A stretch of DNA of 64,000 bases from Chloroflexota bacterium (GTDB taxonomy: Bacteria; Chloroflexota; UBA11872; VXOZ01). The position numbers and the translations under genes were made by a program. The DNA lies in assembly GCA_965216245.1 (NCBI GenBank), contig OZ244145.1, positions 2,317,284 to 2,381,283 of the forward strand. The letters run 5' to 3'. Positions 9,621-19,100 of this stretch are shown here, piece after piece. The notes below the pieces were generated by a model. It saw only the letters and a program-made list of their open reading frames with translations, was not told the DNA's origin and searched no databases. Each line of letters begins with the position of its first letter. Within the stretch, counting starts at the first letter, position 1.

Positions 9621-9926
9621 GAATCCATCTTCTCTGCGTGCCCTGGACTCCGGCGGAAGCCGGAGTGACGACCCTAAGGGCGAATTCTTCCCTCGTAAAT
9701 GGCCAGTGCCGTCTAACACATTCGTACCTATACGCCTCCCTGTTGGCCTTCTCTGCCCATTCTAGTGCCAATTCTGTCAACGAATTACCTGACACATACA
9801 ATTCCAGCGCAAGCCGGAATCCATCTTCGTGTAGGGTAGAGACCTGCTCCGCCCAGTGCGCAAGGATGGCTATACCTAGGAGTGAGGATTTAACAGCCAG
9901 GGCAATTGACAGCGCTGTGATAGCGG

Positions 9927-11330
9927 TCACCGTTTCGCCAGCATCTGCGCCACGGCGCACGTGTCGCAGCGCTTCTCGCGGCACCAGGTATGGTAAACGT
10001 GGAGCAGCCCCTGCTGGCGCGCGGCAGTCATGGGCACGAATTTTGGCGGCAAGCCGAATACGCCGTCGCGCATGCTCCGGATGAGGCGGTTCGAGCTGGC
10101 GGCCGGCGCATGACGCAACGTGGTGACGGCCCAGTCGGATACGGCGGAGTCGCCGGTGTGCTCGCCAAGAGCGAACATAAACGGCAGCAAGACGTTCGTG
10201 AGCACTTCGCGGGCGCGCTCCGTCCCGATCAGGCTCTGGGCCGCGCCGCGCAACGGCACCCCAAAGTCACAATGAGTGGCCCAATAGCGTGAGCAAGACG
10301 CCGGAAGCGCGAACGCACTGACCATCTGTTGGAGTAGCTGAGTCTGATCCGATTCTTCGCGGAGCGCTAGGCAGAATTGTACCGGACCGGTCTCCGCAAG
10401 CCGCGCGCAGAGGTGTCCTGCCGCTGCCACGCGCCGCGCCGGGGCGTTCGTGGGGCGCACGCCGCCGCGCACCCAGGCTGTGGCCGGCAGCGCCGATTCC
10501 AATTGGTAGTTCTCCCACAGGCTTTCAAGCTCCTGCAAATGCGCATGGTCGGCGGCGGTAGGGGCACGGCATGCCGTGCCCGTGCGCGGGGAAGTGTCGC
10601 GTTGGGAGGGCAGCAGCCCCGCCGCGCCGAGAAACAGCGCCTCGCCGCGCAGAGCCGCATCGGCCTTAACGTTCAGAATCGCCTCAACTACCGGCCACGG
10701 CAAGCCCGCACTGAGCTGGCGGAACGGCTCGCGGTTTTGGCTGTAGCCAAGGGCATCGAGCAGGGCTGCATAGAGCGCTTGCTCCGGCCCAATTTGTTCG
10801 ATGGCGGCCAACATCTGCGCCGCTTTCTTGCGCATGCGGCGTTCGCCCAACGTTGCGAAGAGCATACCGACGGTCATGGCGTCGGACTTGGTGTGGAGGT
10901 CGGAACAAGGCTGAAACGACGGGAGTCGTTGCGCCACATACTGCTCCGGCATACCGTCAGGAAAGCACGGCGACAGCGCCAGCGTGCGCAGCGGTCCGCC
11001 GCCAATCAACCCGTCGTCTTCCCACACCACGTGGAGCATGACGTGGTGGTAGGCCGGATCGGAGGCGTGGCCGTGGGCGCGCCAAGCGGAGGCGGCAGAA
11101 TGTACTTCTATGTGACCGTAGCGCAGCCGCCGGCCGTCCAGCGCGATGATCGCGTCGAGGAAGTCTGGCCCGGGACCCAGGTTGCGCCGTCCTGGATAGA
11201 CAACTTGAATCTGCTCGCCAGCCGTGGTGCGCAGGAGTGTTGCACCCCAGGGACACGCCTGCCAGAGCTGCACAACATCTTCTTCACTATGGGTTTCAGT
11301 TGGGGCAAGCGTAGGAGCGGCGGTGCTCAT
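9927..11330 (-). CDS. DUF2851 family protein
   Basis: VVYPGRRN.GPGPDFLDA, GHIEVH, W.AHGH..DPAY..V.LHVV, VRP.N.P.RR and a C-terminal CxxxxCxxC. Confidence 0.85.
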   Translation of the reverse strand: MSTAAPTLAPTETHSEEDVVQLWQACPWGATLLRTTAGEQIQVVYPGRRNLGPGPDFLDAIIALDGRRLRYGHIEVHSAASAWRAHGHASDPAYHHVMLHVVWEDDGLIGGGPLRTLALSPCFPDGMPEQYVAQRLPSFQPCSDLHTKSDAMTVGMLFATLGERRMRKKAAQMLAAIEQIGPEQALYAALLDALGYSQNREPFRQLSAGLPWPVVEAILNVKADAALRGEALFLGAAGLLPSQRDTSPRTGTACRAPTAADHAHLQELESLWENYQLESALPATAWVRGGVRPTNAPARRVAAAGHLCARLAETGPVQFCLALREESDQTQLLQQMVSAFALPASCSRYWATHCDFGVPLRGAAQSLIGTERAREVLTNVLLPFMFALGEHTGDSAVSDWAVTTLRHAPAASSNRLIRSMRDGVFGLPPKFVPMTAARQQGLLHVYHTWCREKRCDTCAVAQMLAKR

Positions 11331-11549
11331 GGAGGATTTTAGTATTCAAGACATGAAATATTAACTATAGCTACTATAGCACGATTGGCGAACTAGCCTT
11401 TGGCACCCTTGACGGTTGCGAAGAACATCACATGCGGGGCCGTGAATGGAGGTCTGCGTGTAGTGTGCGGAGGGAAGAGCTTGTTAAACGCGCCGGAGCA
11501 AACCTGCGAATTGCAGATAGAGGGGATCTCTCAGTTCTGGCTGCCTGGA

Positions 11550-11584
11550 GGAGAAAGCACGTGCGAGGAGACACGTGCGTTCTC
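11550..11584 (-). terminator. Hairpin downstream of solute-binding protein 1
   Basis: GAGAAAGCACGTG...CACGTGCGTTCTC imperfect inverted repeat. Confidence 0.45.
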
Positions 11585-11595
11585 GGGGCCCAGAT

Positions 11596-13053
11596 TCACC
11601 ACCGAAACCGATCGTCTACGTCCTTCAGCGCTGCGTCTAGCTCCTGCTGCACCCGTGCGTTGCCGTCCTCCAGCCCTTGCGCAATGGTCATTTCTCTTTT
11701 CCAGATAGAACTGGCCATGCGCTCGTGTATGTCGAGGATTGCCCGCGCGCCGGGCCCAGACACAACAGACTGGGCCCGCGCCATTTCGTGCAAGCTGTGA
11801 AGGCGCAAGGGATCGCCCTTGGTGTACTCCGGGCTGTGGGCCACCGAGCGGCGGGCCGGCAGGCTGCCGCGCACGTCGTTGAAGCGAAGGTCGTTCTGCT
11901 CCATGAAAAGCCATTCAAGGAATTGAAAAGCATGATCTGGGTATTCGGAGTTGACGGGCATAATGTGTGCGCCGCCGCCGCGAAAGGCTGCGGGTGATCC
12001 GCCTGGGGCTACCGGATACGTATCCACGCCCAGGTTCATATCGGCGAAGGTCTCCACCCACTCATGGGATTGGATGACATCTATCCCGTCAGTCCACATG
12101 GCGCAACGACCGGTTGCAAAGAGGGCTTGGTGCGGCTCTTCGCCCTTGAGGGCATTGATAGCGTTCGGCCCGCCTTGGAGGTCAAGCAAACGCAGCGTCA
12201 AAGCGAAGGCGCGCGCCATCTTCTCGTTGTCGATCGTGGAGGTGAGTCCGTCTGCACTGAGCAGTTGACCGCCTTGCTGCCAGTACGGCACCATCCACCA
12301 CGCAAATGAGCTGTTGCCATACCAAAATCCGAGGCGCGCGGTTTTCCCGTCTTTCTTCATGCGCGTTAATGCAGTTGCCGTTAAGAGATCGTCCCAGTTA
12401 GCGGGCGCCCTATGCGGATAGAGGTTGGGTTCCACGAAGACGGGGCCGTAGCTGGTTGCCTCGAACACGTCCTGGTTGTAGAAGAACGTAGTGACCGTGG
12501 GCGCCCAGGGCATGCCGAACCAGTGACCCTGGTAGACCGAGTCAGAGACTTTCCCGTACCAGGGGTAGACCACATCAAAGGCAACTCCCTCCCAGAAGTC
12601 CTCGACGTCCAACCCCGTAGCCTTGAGGTAAGGTGTGATGTCCTTGGCAATGCCAATCAGTCCCAGTTCTTTCGGCAAGTGTGCGCTTATGTAGGCGATA
12701 TCCGGGGGCTCGCCGGCGGCCATCGCTGCTATGAGCTTACTGGGGATATCGTCGGAGTTCATGGGCAGGACGTGCGCATTAGGAGAGACATATTCCTCGT
12801 TAAACTCGTTGATGATCTCTTCGCCAATGCCCTTCTCCCAGTTGCTGCCATCCAGTTTAGGCGCAAAGAACCGGAGGCGTACCACTTCAGAATACTGTGG
12901 CGATGCCTGACTCGTGCCTTCGGCATGACGTGCCTGCATAGCGGCCAGCGTACTTTCTTGCCCGGCAGCGGCAAAGAGCGCCACACCTGCCGCGACTCCT
13001 CCGCTGGCGAGCAGAATGCGCCGGGTTACCTGTAACGCCGTACGACTCTTCAT
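11596..13053 (-). CDS. ABC sugar-type extracellular solute-binding protein (paralog 1)
   Basis: AGEPPDI, GMPW...FFYNQD, A.QFLEWL, LPARRS. Twin-Arg signal. Close paralog of the adjacent gene. Confidence 0.88.
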   Translation of the reverse strand: MKSRTALQVTRRILLASGGVAAGVALFAAAGQESTLAAMQARHAEGTSQASPQYSEVVRLRFFAPKLDGSNWEKGIGEEIINEFNEEYVSPNAHVLPMNSDDIPSKLIAAMAAGEPPDIAYISAHLPKELGLIGIAKDITPYLKATGLDVEDFWEGVAFDVVYPWYGKVSDSVYQGHWFGMPWAPTVTTFFYNQDVFEATSYGPVFVEPNLYPHRAPANWDDLLTATALTRMKKDGKTARLGFWYGNSSFAWWMVPYWQQGGQLLSADGLTSTIDNEKMARAFALTLRLLDLQGGPNAINALKGEEPHQALFATGRCAMWTDGIDVIQSHEWVETFADMNLGVDTYPVAPGGSPAAFRGGGAHIMPVNSEYPDHAFQFLEWLFMEQNDLRFNDVRGSLPARRSVAHSPEYTKGDPLRLHSLHEMARAQSVVSGPGARAILDIHERMASSIWKREMTIAQGLEDGNARVQQELDAALKDVDDRFRW

Positions 13054-13171
13054 TGGCAACAAGGTCCCCTGGATTGAATGCAAGAGTTACCACGAGAATA
13101 GATGCCTGAGAATACTCAATTCAATTTAGCGCTATTGTTCTAATGCACTCAAGATATGCCGTTCCAAAACA

Positions 13172-13209
13172 CGAGCCGCACGCAAGGGACACATCCCCGC
13201 GTGCGGCTC
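13172..13209 (-). terminator. Terminator-like hairpin between the two SBP genes
   Basis: GAGCCGCACGC...GCGTGCGGCTC stem followed on the minus strand by GTGTTTT. Confidence 0.65.
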
Positions 13210-13239
13210 CATGCGTTACTCTTCAAAAGCGTCGCTCGA

Positions 13240-14637
13240 TTAGAAATCGACGACAGAGTTCTCCAACGCCTCGTCCAGCGCCTGCTGCACCTGCGTGTTG
13301 CCGTCGGCGAGCGCTTCCGGCACCGTCTTTTCGCGCTTCCAGATGGAGCTTGCCATCCGCACGTGAATGCCGATGATGGCGCGTCCGCCCGGGGCGCTGA
13401 CCACCCACTGGGCGCCATCCATCTCGCGCGCGCCCTGGATGCGCAACGGGTCACCCTGGGTGAATTCCGGGCTGGTAGCCACCGACCGGCGGGCCGGCAA
13501 GCTATCGCGCACGTCGTTGAAGCGGCGGTCATTGGGCTCCAGGAAGAGCCACTCGAGGAACTTGAACGCCCCGTCCGGGTTGTTGGAGCCTTCGGGCATG
13601 ATGTGCGCGCCGCCGCCGCGATAGGCCGCGGGCGAGCCGCCTTCCGCCACCGGATACGTATCCACGCCAATGTTGATCTTCGCGAAGTTCTCCTCATACG
13701 CCTCGAAGCGGGTGATGTTCATCACGTCGGTCCACATGGCGCAACGGCCGGTGGAGAAGAGGTGTTGATGCCGCTCGTCGCCCCTGAACTCATTCATGGC
13801 GTCCAGGCCGCCCTGCAGGTCGAAGAAGCGCAACGTCAAGTCGAACGCGGTAACCATCGTCTCGTTGTCGATGGTGGACGTCAACTCATCATCGCTGAGC
13901 AGGCGGCCGCCCTGCTGCCAGAAGGGCACCAACCACCATACCAGCGAGCTGTTACCGTACCAGAATCCGAGACGCTCAGTTTTGTCGCCTTCTTTCTTGA
14001 GCGTGCGCTGGATTGCCGCGTCGAGCTCGTCCCAATTCGACGGCCCGCTGTCCGGATCGAGACCCACTTCTACAAAGACGTCTTTGTTGTAGAAGTAGGT
14101 AAAGACCGTGGGCGCCCAGGGCAGCCCGAACCAGTGGCCGCGGTAGGTCGAGTCGTAGACGACGCGCGGATAGTAGTCATCTGCGTCGATCACCGTCGAG
14201 GCCTTGACATAATTCGTGATGTCGGCGGCGATGCCGCGAACCCCAAAGTCCTTCGGCAAGTACGCGTCGATATATGAAATATCCGGTGGAATGCCGCCGG
14301 CGACCACCGTGGGCAGCTTGTTGATGGTGTCGCCGTAGGTGGTGACAATCACGTTGACTTTTTCGTTGGGATTGGCCTCGTGGAACTCGTTGACGATTTC
14401 CTCGCCAATGCCCTTGACCCAGTTGCTGCCGCCCATGTCGATGGCCCAGAAGTTCACGGGCAACATCTCTTCCATCGGCATTTCTTCCGCCTTCATGTCG
14501 TCGGACTCGGGTGCATCCGCCGGGGCCGCCATGCCGGCCTCACCGCAGGCAGCGAAGAGTAGCGTAGCACCGACCGCTGCGCCACTGCCTGCTAACATGC
14601 GACGACGCGTTGTCTGCAATGCGATATGATTCTCCAT
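13240..14637 (-). CDS. ABC sugar-type extracellular solute-binding lipoprotein (paralog 2)
   Basis: TRRRML twin-Arg plus FAAC lipobox; GGIPPDI, YFYNKD, GLDP..GP.NWDEL. GGAGG RBS. Confidence 0.92.
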   Translation of the reverse strand: MENHIALQTTRRRMLAGSGAAVGATLLFAACGEAGMAAPADAPESDDMKAEEMPMEEMLPVNFWAIDMGGSNWVKGIGEEIVNEFHEANPNEKVNVIVTTYGDTINKLPTVVAGGIPPDISYIDAYLPKDFGVRGIAADITNYVKASTVIDADDYYPRVVYDSTYRGHWFGLPWAPTVFTYFYNKDVFVEVGLDPDSGPSNWDELDAAIQRTLKKEGDKTERLGFWYGNSSLVWWLVPFWQQGGRLLSDDELTSTIDNETMVTAFDLTLRFFDLQGGLDAMNEFRGDERHQHLFSTGRCAMWTDVMNITRFEAYEENFAKINIGVDTYPVAEGGSPAAYRGGGAHIMPEGSNNPDGAFKFLEWLFLEPNDRRFNDVRDSLPARRSVATSPEFTQGDPLRIQGAREMDGAQWVVSAPGGRAIIGIHVRMASSIWKREKTVPEALADGNTQVQQALDEALENSVVDF

Positions 14638-14784
14638 CTGTTGCGAAACCTCCTGCCAAGTAGGCATTATTTCGAACGCAGACACTGCCTTGTGAGATGA
14701 CGGGCCACCAGTCCGACCGTACCTATTGCCATCTCCACCAGGAGACTAAAGCATGCGCTGTAGCTCCTAGACGGCTTGAACGAA

Positions 14785-14814
14785 ATTGTAGCGTGATTAA
14801 CGACGTGGTGTCAA
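14785..14814 (-). promoter_or_regulatory. Sigma70-type promoter for the SBP paralog 2 gene
   Basis: Minus strand TTGACA-18 nt-TACAAT. Confidence 0.65.
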
Positions 14815-14882
14815 GGGTATGGACACTGCGATATCCGCTCGAAGCAGCGATTTCTCAACGGACGGCAATGAATGAGAGGCGT

Positions 14883-16481
14883 TTACGTGGCCTGCTGGAG
14901 CGCCGCGATTTCACTTGCGGTGAGCGCGCGCCCGTACACGCGCACATCGGCCATACTGCCGTTGAAGTGGTCGTGTTGCCCGAGGCCGATGCGGAGCGGC
15001 CGATCATTCGTAAGGTCGCCGGGAAAGTGCGTCGCGCAGGCAGACTCCGCCACCTGGATCCCGTCTACGTAGAGCCTGAGTTTGTTCGATTCCCGGACAG
15101 CGGCCACGTGCCGCCAGCCGGGGGCAAGGGCGTGGTCGTAGGTCACGTTCGCACCGGCGTCCAGCGCGTAGACGCGGCCCGACGGCAGCGTGCCGCCGAA
15201 GAGCTTGCCCTCAAAAACTGCCATCGACCACACCCGCCGGTACTTCACGTCCGGCGTGGTGTCCAACTGTCCCGTATTGGTCCAAGTGGCGCCGCCTTCG
15301 TAGCGGTAGACGTTTGCCAGCGGCAACGTGCCCGCGTAGAGCTTGCCGTTGTAAACCGCCATTGCCATGACTTCCTTCTCTTCTTCCAGGCGGCCCACGC
15401 TCTCCCACGTTTCCTTGCCGTCCCAACGGAACACGGTGCCATTGGGCCAGGTGCCGACGTAGAGTTCGCCCTGATAGGCGGCGAATGAATATACCTGGGT
15501 GACTCCTTCTTGGAAGCCGCAGGGCGTCCACTCGGTGCCGCCGTCGTAGCGAAAGACGCCGCCGCCTTCGTTACCCGCGCCGTAGAGATGTCCCTTGAAT
15601 ACGGTGATTGCCATCATACGGCGGCCGGGCGTGCCGCAGTATTCCCACTCTTGTCCGCCGGCATAGCGGAAGACGCCTTGGCTGTAGAGCGGTATGGCGT
15701 AGAGGTCGCCGTTGTACACGGCCATGCCGGCGATGGAGTCGGCGCCTTCCAGACGCCCGCAGTACTCCCAGGTTGCATTGCCCGTGTAGCGGTAGATAGC
15801 GCCGCCGGGATGCTTATTTGGCGAATCCTCCAGTGCCGAGCCGCCAGCCTTATAGCGGGAGACACCTCCGTAGAGTTCGCCCTTGTAGACTGCCAACGAC
15901 GCGACCGTGTTACATGGGTCGGGACTGCCGCAGTCTTCCCACGTCTGACCGCCCGCGTAACGGTACATGTGACCGGATTCGTCCGCACCCCATTCAAACG
16001 TTCCCGTATAGAGGTCGCCGTTGTAGACGGCCAGGGAGTAGACGCGCAGGTTATTGCCCGGCCGGCCGCAGTCGATCCATGACGGTTCTTGCAGGCCGTC
16101 GTCGATGCCGAAGTGCAGATTGCGGTGGTGTGCCTGCGCGGCGGTGACTCCGGCGTAATTCAAGGTACCGAAGTTCAGGCCGGTGCGCGTGGCGGGATCG
16201 AACTTGCTGAGGATGTCGCCGTGCAGGTTGGCGCCGTCGGGCGGCAGCTCCACCCAGGCGGAGAGGGTGAAGTCGCCGCTGCCGAGTGCCAGCGATTCGT
16301 TGGCCGGCACTTCAACCTGCGCGGCACGCCCGTCGAAGCCCGCCGCGCCATAGTCATTGCCGTCCCGACCCACCGCCGCGAGATCCACGCCGCGGTTCAC
16401 GCCGTGGTTGCCGTTGCCGGACGAATCCCGGCAGTCGCCGTTGAATTGCCAGTGTGCCAATAGATCGGAGTTGATGCTCAT
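14883..16481 (-). CDS. LamG-like jelly-roll protein with an inserted 7-repeat beta-propeller
   Basis: LamG motifs LAHWQFNG..DSSGNGNHG and FTLSAWV at the N-terminus; WRHVAAV..LYVDG..IG..FNGSMADVRVY.RAL at the C-terminus. Seven SxAVYxGxLYxG repeats lie between. Confidence 0.85.
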   Translation of the reverse strand: MSINSDLLAHWQFNGDCRDSSGNGNHGVNRGVDLAAVGRDGNDYGAAGFDGRAAQVEVPANESLALGSGDFTLSAWVELPPDGANLHGDILSKFDPATRTGLNFGTLNYAGVTAAQAHHRNLHFGIDDGLQEPSWIDCGRPGNNLRVYSLAVYNGDLYTGTFEWGADESGHMYRYAGGQTWEDCGSPDPCNTVASLAVYKGELYGGVSRYKAGGSALEDSPNKHPGGAIYRYTGNATWEYCGRLEGADSIAGMAVYNGDLYAIPLYSQGVFRYAGGQEWEYCGTPGRRMMAITVFKGHLYGAGNEGGGVFRYDGGTEWTPCGFQEGVTQVYSFAAYQGELYVGTWPNGTVFRWDGKETWESVGRLEEEKEVMAMAVYNGKLYAGTLPLANVYRYEGGATWTNTGQLDTTPDVKYRRVWSMAVFEGKLFGGTLPSGRVYALDAGANVTYDHALAPGWRHVAAVRESNKLRLYVDGIQVAESACATHFPGDLTNDRPLRIGLGQHDHFNGSMADVRVYGRALTASEIAALQQAT

Positions 16482-16630
16482 ACAATGGACTCCATCCTGT
16501 GTTTGCTTGGCGGAACCTTAGCTTTGCTTAGGTCTCTCGTAGAAGGAGCGAGCGAGGCACTCTTCCCTCCGCCCCATTGTATTCCTTCCTGGGCGCCAGC
16601 AGGCGGGCAGGAATTGCCACTGCGGCCCAC

Positions 16631-17209
16631 TCATTTCAAACCAAACCTCTGCAACCGTGTCCACCGCTGCGCCCACGCCAGCGCTACGCTTGCACCCACT
16701 GCCATGGTTCCGGCGAGCAGGTTGAACAGGATATCTACCGGATCGAAGACGCGGCTTGGCAGAATCGCCTGGATGCCTTCGTCGAGCACGCCCAGTGTTG
16801 CGGTCGCCAGGACGGCGAGCAGGGGCGGCAACGGCACGCGGCGGCCGTGGCTCGCACGCTCCGTGAGCGCCTCGAAAATGAGGATGCCCACCACGCCGTA
16901 CTCGATGAGGTGCGAACGCTCGGTCGGGACCGTCATGCGGGTGAATACCAGCAGGTAGGCGGTCGTGACACCAATGGCAACGGCGACTTCCGCGCCTCCC
17001 GGCCGCACCTTCAGCGCCTGCGTGAGGATGGTAACCGCCACGAGAAACATGCAGAGGAGGAAGAGGCCGATGGAGATATCCAGCAGGCCCCGCTCCCGCA
17101 ATGTTTCAGCCAGCGTTTGCGCCAGACCCAGGGTGGCATAGATCGCTACCATGACAGCCAGCACCCACAACCACAGGCGGCGCTCTCGACGGGACGAGAA
17201 GAGAGTCAT
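16631..17209 (-). CDS. VanZ-like membrane protein
   Basis: Multiple TM segments; HLIEYG, LDEGIQAILPSR.FD..D...N. Confidence 0.8.
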   Translation of the reverse strand: MTLFSSRRERRLWLWVLAVMVAIYATLGLAQTLAETLRERGLLDISIGLFLLCMFLVAVTILTQALKVRPGGAEVAVAIGVTTAYLLVFTRMTVPTERSHLIEYGVVGILIFEALTERASHGRRVPLPPLLAVLATATLGVLDEGIQAILPSRVFDPVDILFNLLAGTMAVGASVALAWAQRWTRLQRFGLK

Positions 17210-17291
17210 GACTGTTGGATTTCCTGGTGCAAATAAGGAACGTGTTGGGCAGAGTCACGAGACGCTTCCAAGTGGAGACCTGGAATGACAT

Positions 17292-17318
17292 CGTCATTCC
17301 GGCGAAAGCCGGAATCCA
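17292..17318. repeat. REP-like palindrome, class A (GTCATTCC-n-GGAATCC)
   Basis: CGTCATTCCGGCGAAAGCCGGAATCCA. Relatives at 8565-8586/9621-9627, 9644-9670 (inverted) and 8482-8489/9801-9823. Confidence 0.85.
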
Positions 17319-17749
17319 AGGGAGGGGTAGTGCGCGGTAACTTGCCGTACAGAGTAACCACCCCCCCCCCATTCAAATCTTCCCCCGTCAAAGGGGAAGG
17401 GGTAGCGGAGAAGTCTCCGTGTGGGGGTTGTGCCTTCCCTTGCAATGGTCAAACTACTATGGCTCGTGAAGACTGTATCACAAGGTTTATTGGAGAAAGA
17501 CGCCTTCGTCGAGTGTCGCTTGGCAATGAAACTCGTGCTCAGGGTCGGCTGATAGCGTAAGTAAACGCGCTAGAGCGCCTGCATAAATAACAAGCTCTCT
17601 AGCGCATTACATCACCATATCCAGGTTTCCACCCGCTGGATTGGCATAATTGGCAAACTAGCGTGCACCGAAAATCACTTCACCCCGCCGTTCGCTGCTC
17701 GGCTTTTGCCAAGTACCACGGCCAATTGCAGTATGCCTGTGCTTGATGC

Positions 17750-18796
17750 CTACTCCAGCGGCAGCTTGACGCGCTCACCGCCCAAGCTGGCCGACCGCTC
17801 CGCCGCGAAGATGACCTCGTCGATCTTCAAGGCGTCGTGGATATCCACTTCCGGCTTCTTGTTGTTCAGGATGCAGTCGATGATGTGGTCCGTCTGTGGC
17901 TGGAAGGGGTGGTGCGCGACCTCAGGCGTATCCGGCATGATCGTCTCGAACGTTGCCCAGTCGGTCTGCTCGGTCATGCGCTCGCCGATGAGGGTCTCCG
18001 AATGGAACTTATTGCCCACCAGCGTGCCGCGGTCGCCGTGCAAGCGGACGTTGAACGAATAGGGGTTGTTACCCTCCAGGATGCAGCCGACTTTGCCGAT
18101 GCGGCCGTCCTTGTAGCTAATCACGCTGAGCACGGTGCCTTCCCAATCGAAAGTCTTCGTGAAGTTGCCCCAATGGCCCACCACGTGATCGACCTCGCCG
18201 GGCATGAATTGGAGCAGCGCGTCTACCGCGTGACAGCCCGCGGCCGCCAGCGCGGAACCGCCTTGCTCCCGGGTCTTCACCCAGGGGTAGCCGACGTACC
18301 ACTGGGGCCAGTTGGCGCTAAAGTAGTCGCACTCGCCGTAGAAGATGTTGCCGAAGGCGTTGGCCTTGATGAGTTTGTGCACGATCAGGAAGTAGGGGCT
18401 CCAGTGCAATTCGAAGCCCTCGCAGGCCACCACGCCGGCTTTGTCCACCGCCGCCACGATGGTCTTCATATCTTCCCAATTGAGCGCGGCGGGCTTCTCG
18501 ATCAGCATGTGCTTGCCGGCGTCCGCCGCCGCCAGCACCTGCGACACGTGCTTCTCGTTGGTAGAGCAGATGTAGACCATGTCCAGGTTGTCCTGCTTGA
18601 GCATCTGCTCGTAATCGGTGTAGATGTGGGCGTTGGCGAGCCCGTGCTCTTCCTTGGCGTTCTCCGCGTTTTCGCGGCTGGCGCTGCAGAGCCCGACCAC
18701 CTCTGTATGGGGATTCTTGACCAGGGTATCGATGTGCTGGTGCGAGACCCAGCCAATGCCGACCACACCAACCCCAAGCTTTCCATCGTCTGTCAT
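17750..18796 (-). CDS. Gfo/Idh/MocA family oxidoreductase
   Basis: GVVGIGWVS, KHMLIEKP, AGCHAVD. GGAGG RBS. Confidence 0.92.
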   Translation of the reverse strand: MTDDGKLGVGVVGIGWVSHQHIDTLVKNPHTEVVGLCSASRENAENAKEEHGLANAHIYTDYEQMLKQDNLDMVYICSTNEKHVSQVLAAADAGKHMLIEKPAALNWEDMKTIVAAVDKAGVVACEGFELHWSPYFLIVHKLIKANAFGNIFYGECDYFSANWPQWYVGYPWVKTREQGGSALAAAGCHAVDALLQFMPGEVDHVVGHWGNFTKTFDWEGTVLSVISYKDGRIGKVGCILEGNNPYSFNVRLHGDRGTLVGNKFHSETLIGERMTEQTDWATFETIMPDTPEVAHHPFQPQTDHIIDCILNNKKPEVDIHDALKIDEVIFAAERSASLGGERVKLPLE

Positions 18797-19100
18797 TGCA
18801 AATCCTCCCAAATTTTCAATATACTCAAGACGAAACTTGGCTACAGTACAGCGTATTCTCGGCTGGCTGTCAAGGTGAACAATTGAAGAGAACGCCCAAA
18901 TTGCAGCGCTGGAGATGTGCTTCTATTGTTCCAGGAGTAGGGGAATGTTTTTATCAAGTACTAGCGGATTGCAATGAAGCGAGCATTCAAGTGGAGTGAA
19001 AGGAGCTGAGTGGGCAACGGGGCTGATCATTGTCGTCCCATTGGTCTCAATTGGGTACTCATATCGACATCGCGATAGCTCTGCAAGTACGGCCCGATCT

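Larger units (their letters stand above)
8490..9800. mobile_element. Non-autonomous TGT...ACA element (MITE, copy 1), containing a REP pair and an inserted IS30
   Basis: Terminal IRs TGTAAGTGTTGACTAATTCGTTGACAGA and (reverse complement) TGTATGTGTCAGGTAATTCGTTGACAGA. Flanked by ATTCC at 8485-8489 and 9801-9805. Confidence 0.85.

Noticed and set aside
8527-9765. 412-aa plus-strand ORF
   Set aside because: Antisense shadow of the IS30 transposase with no recognisable motifs.
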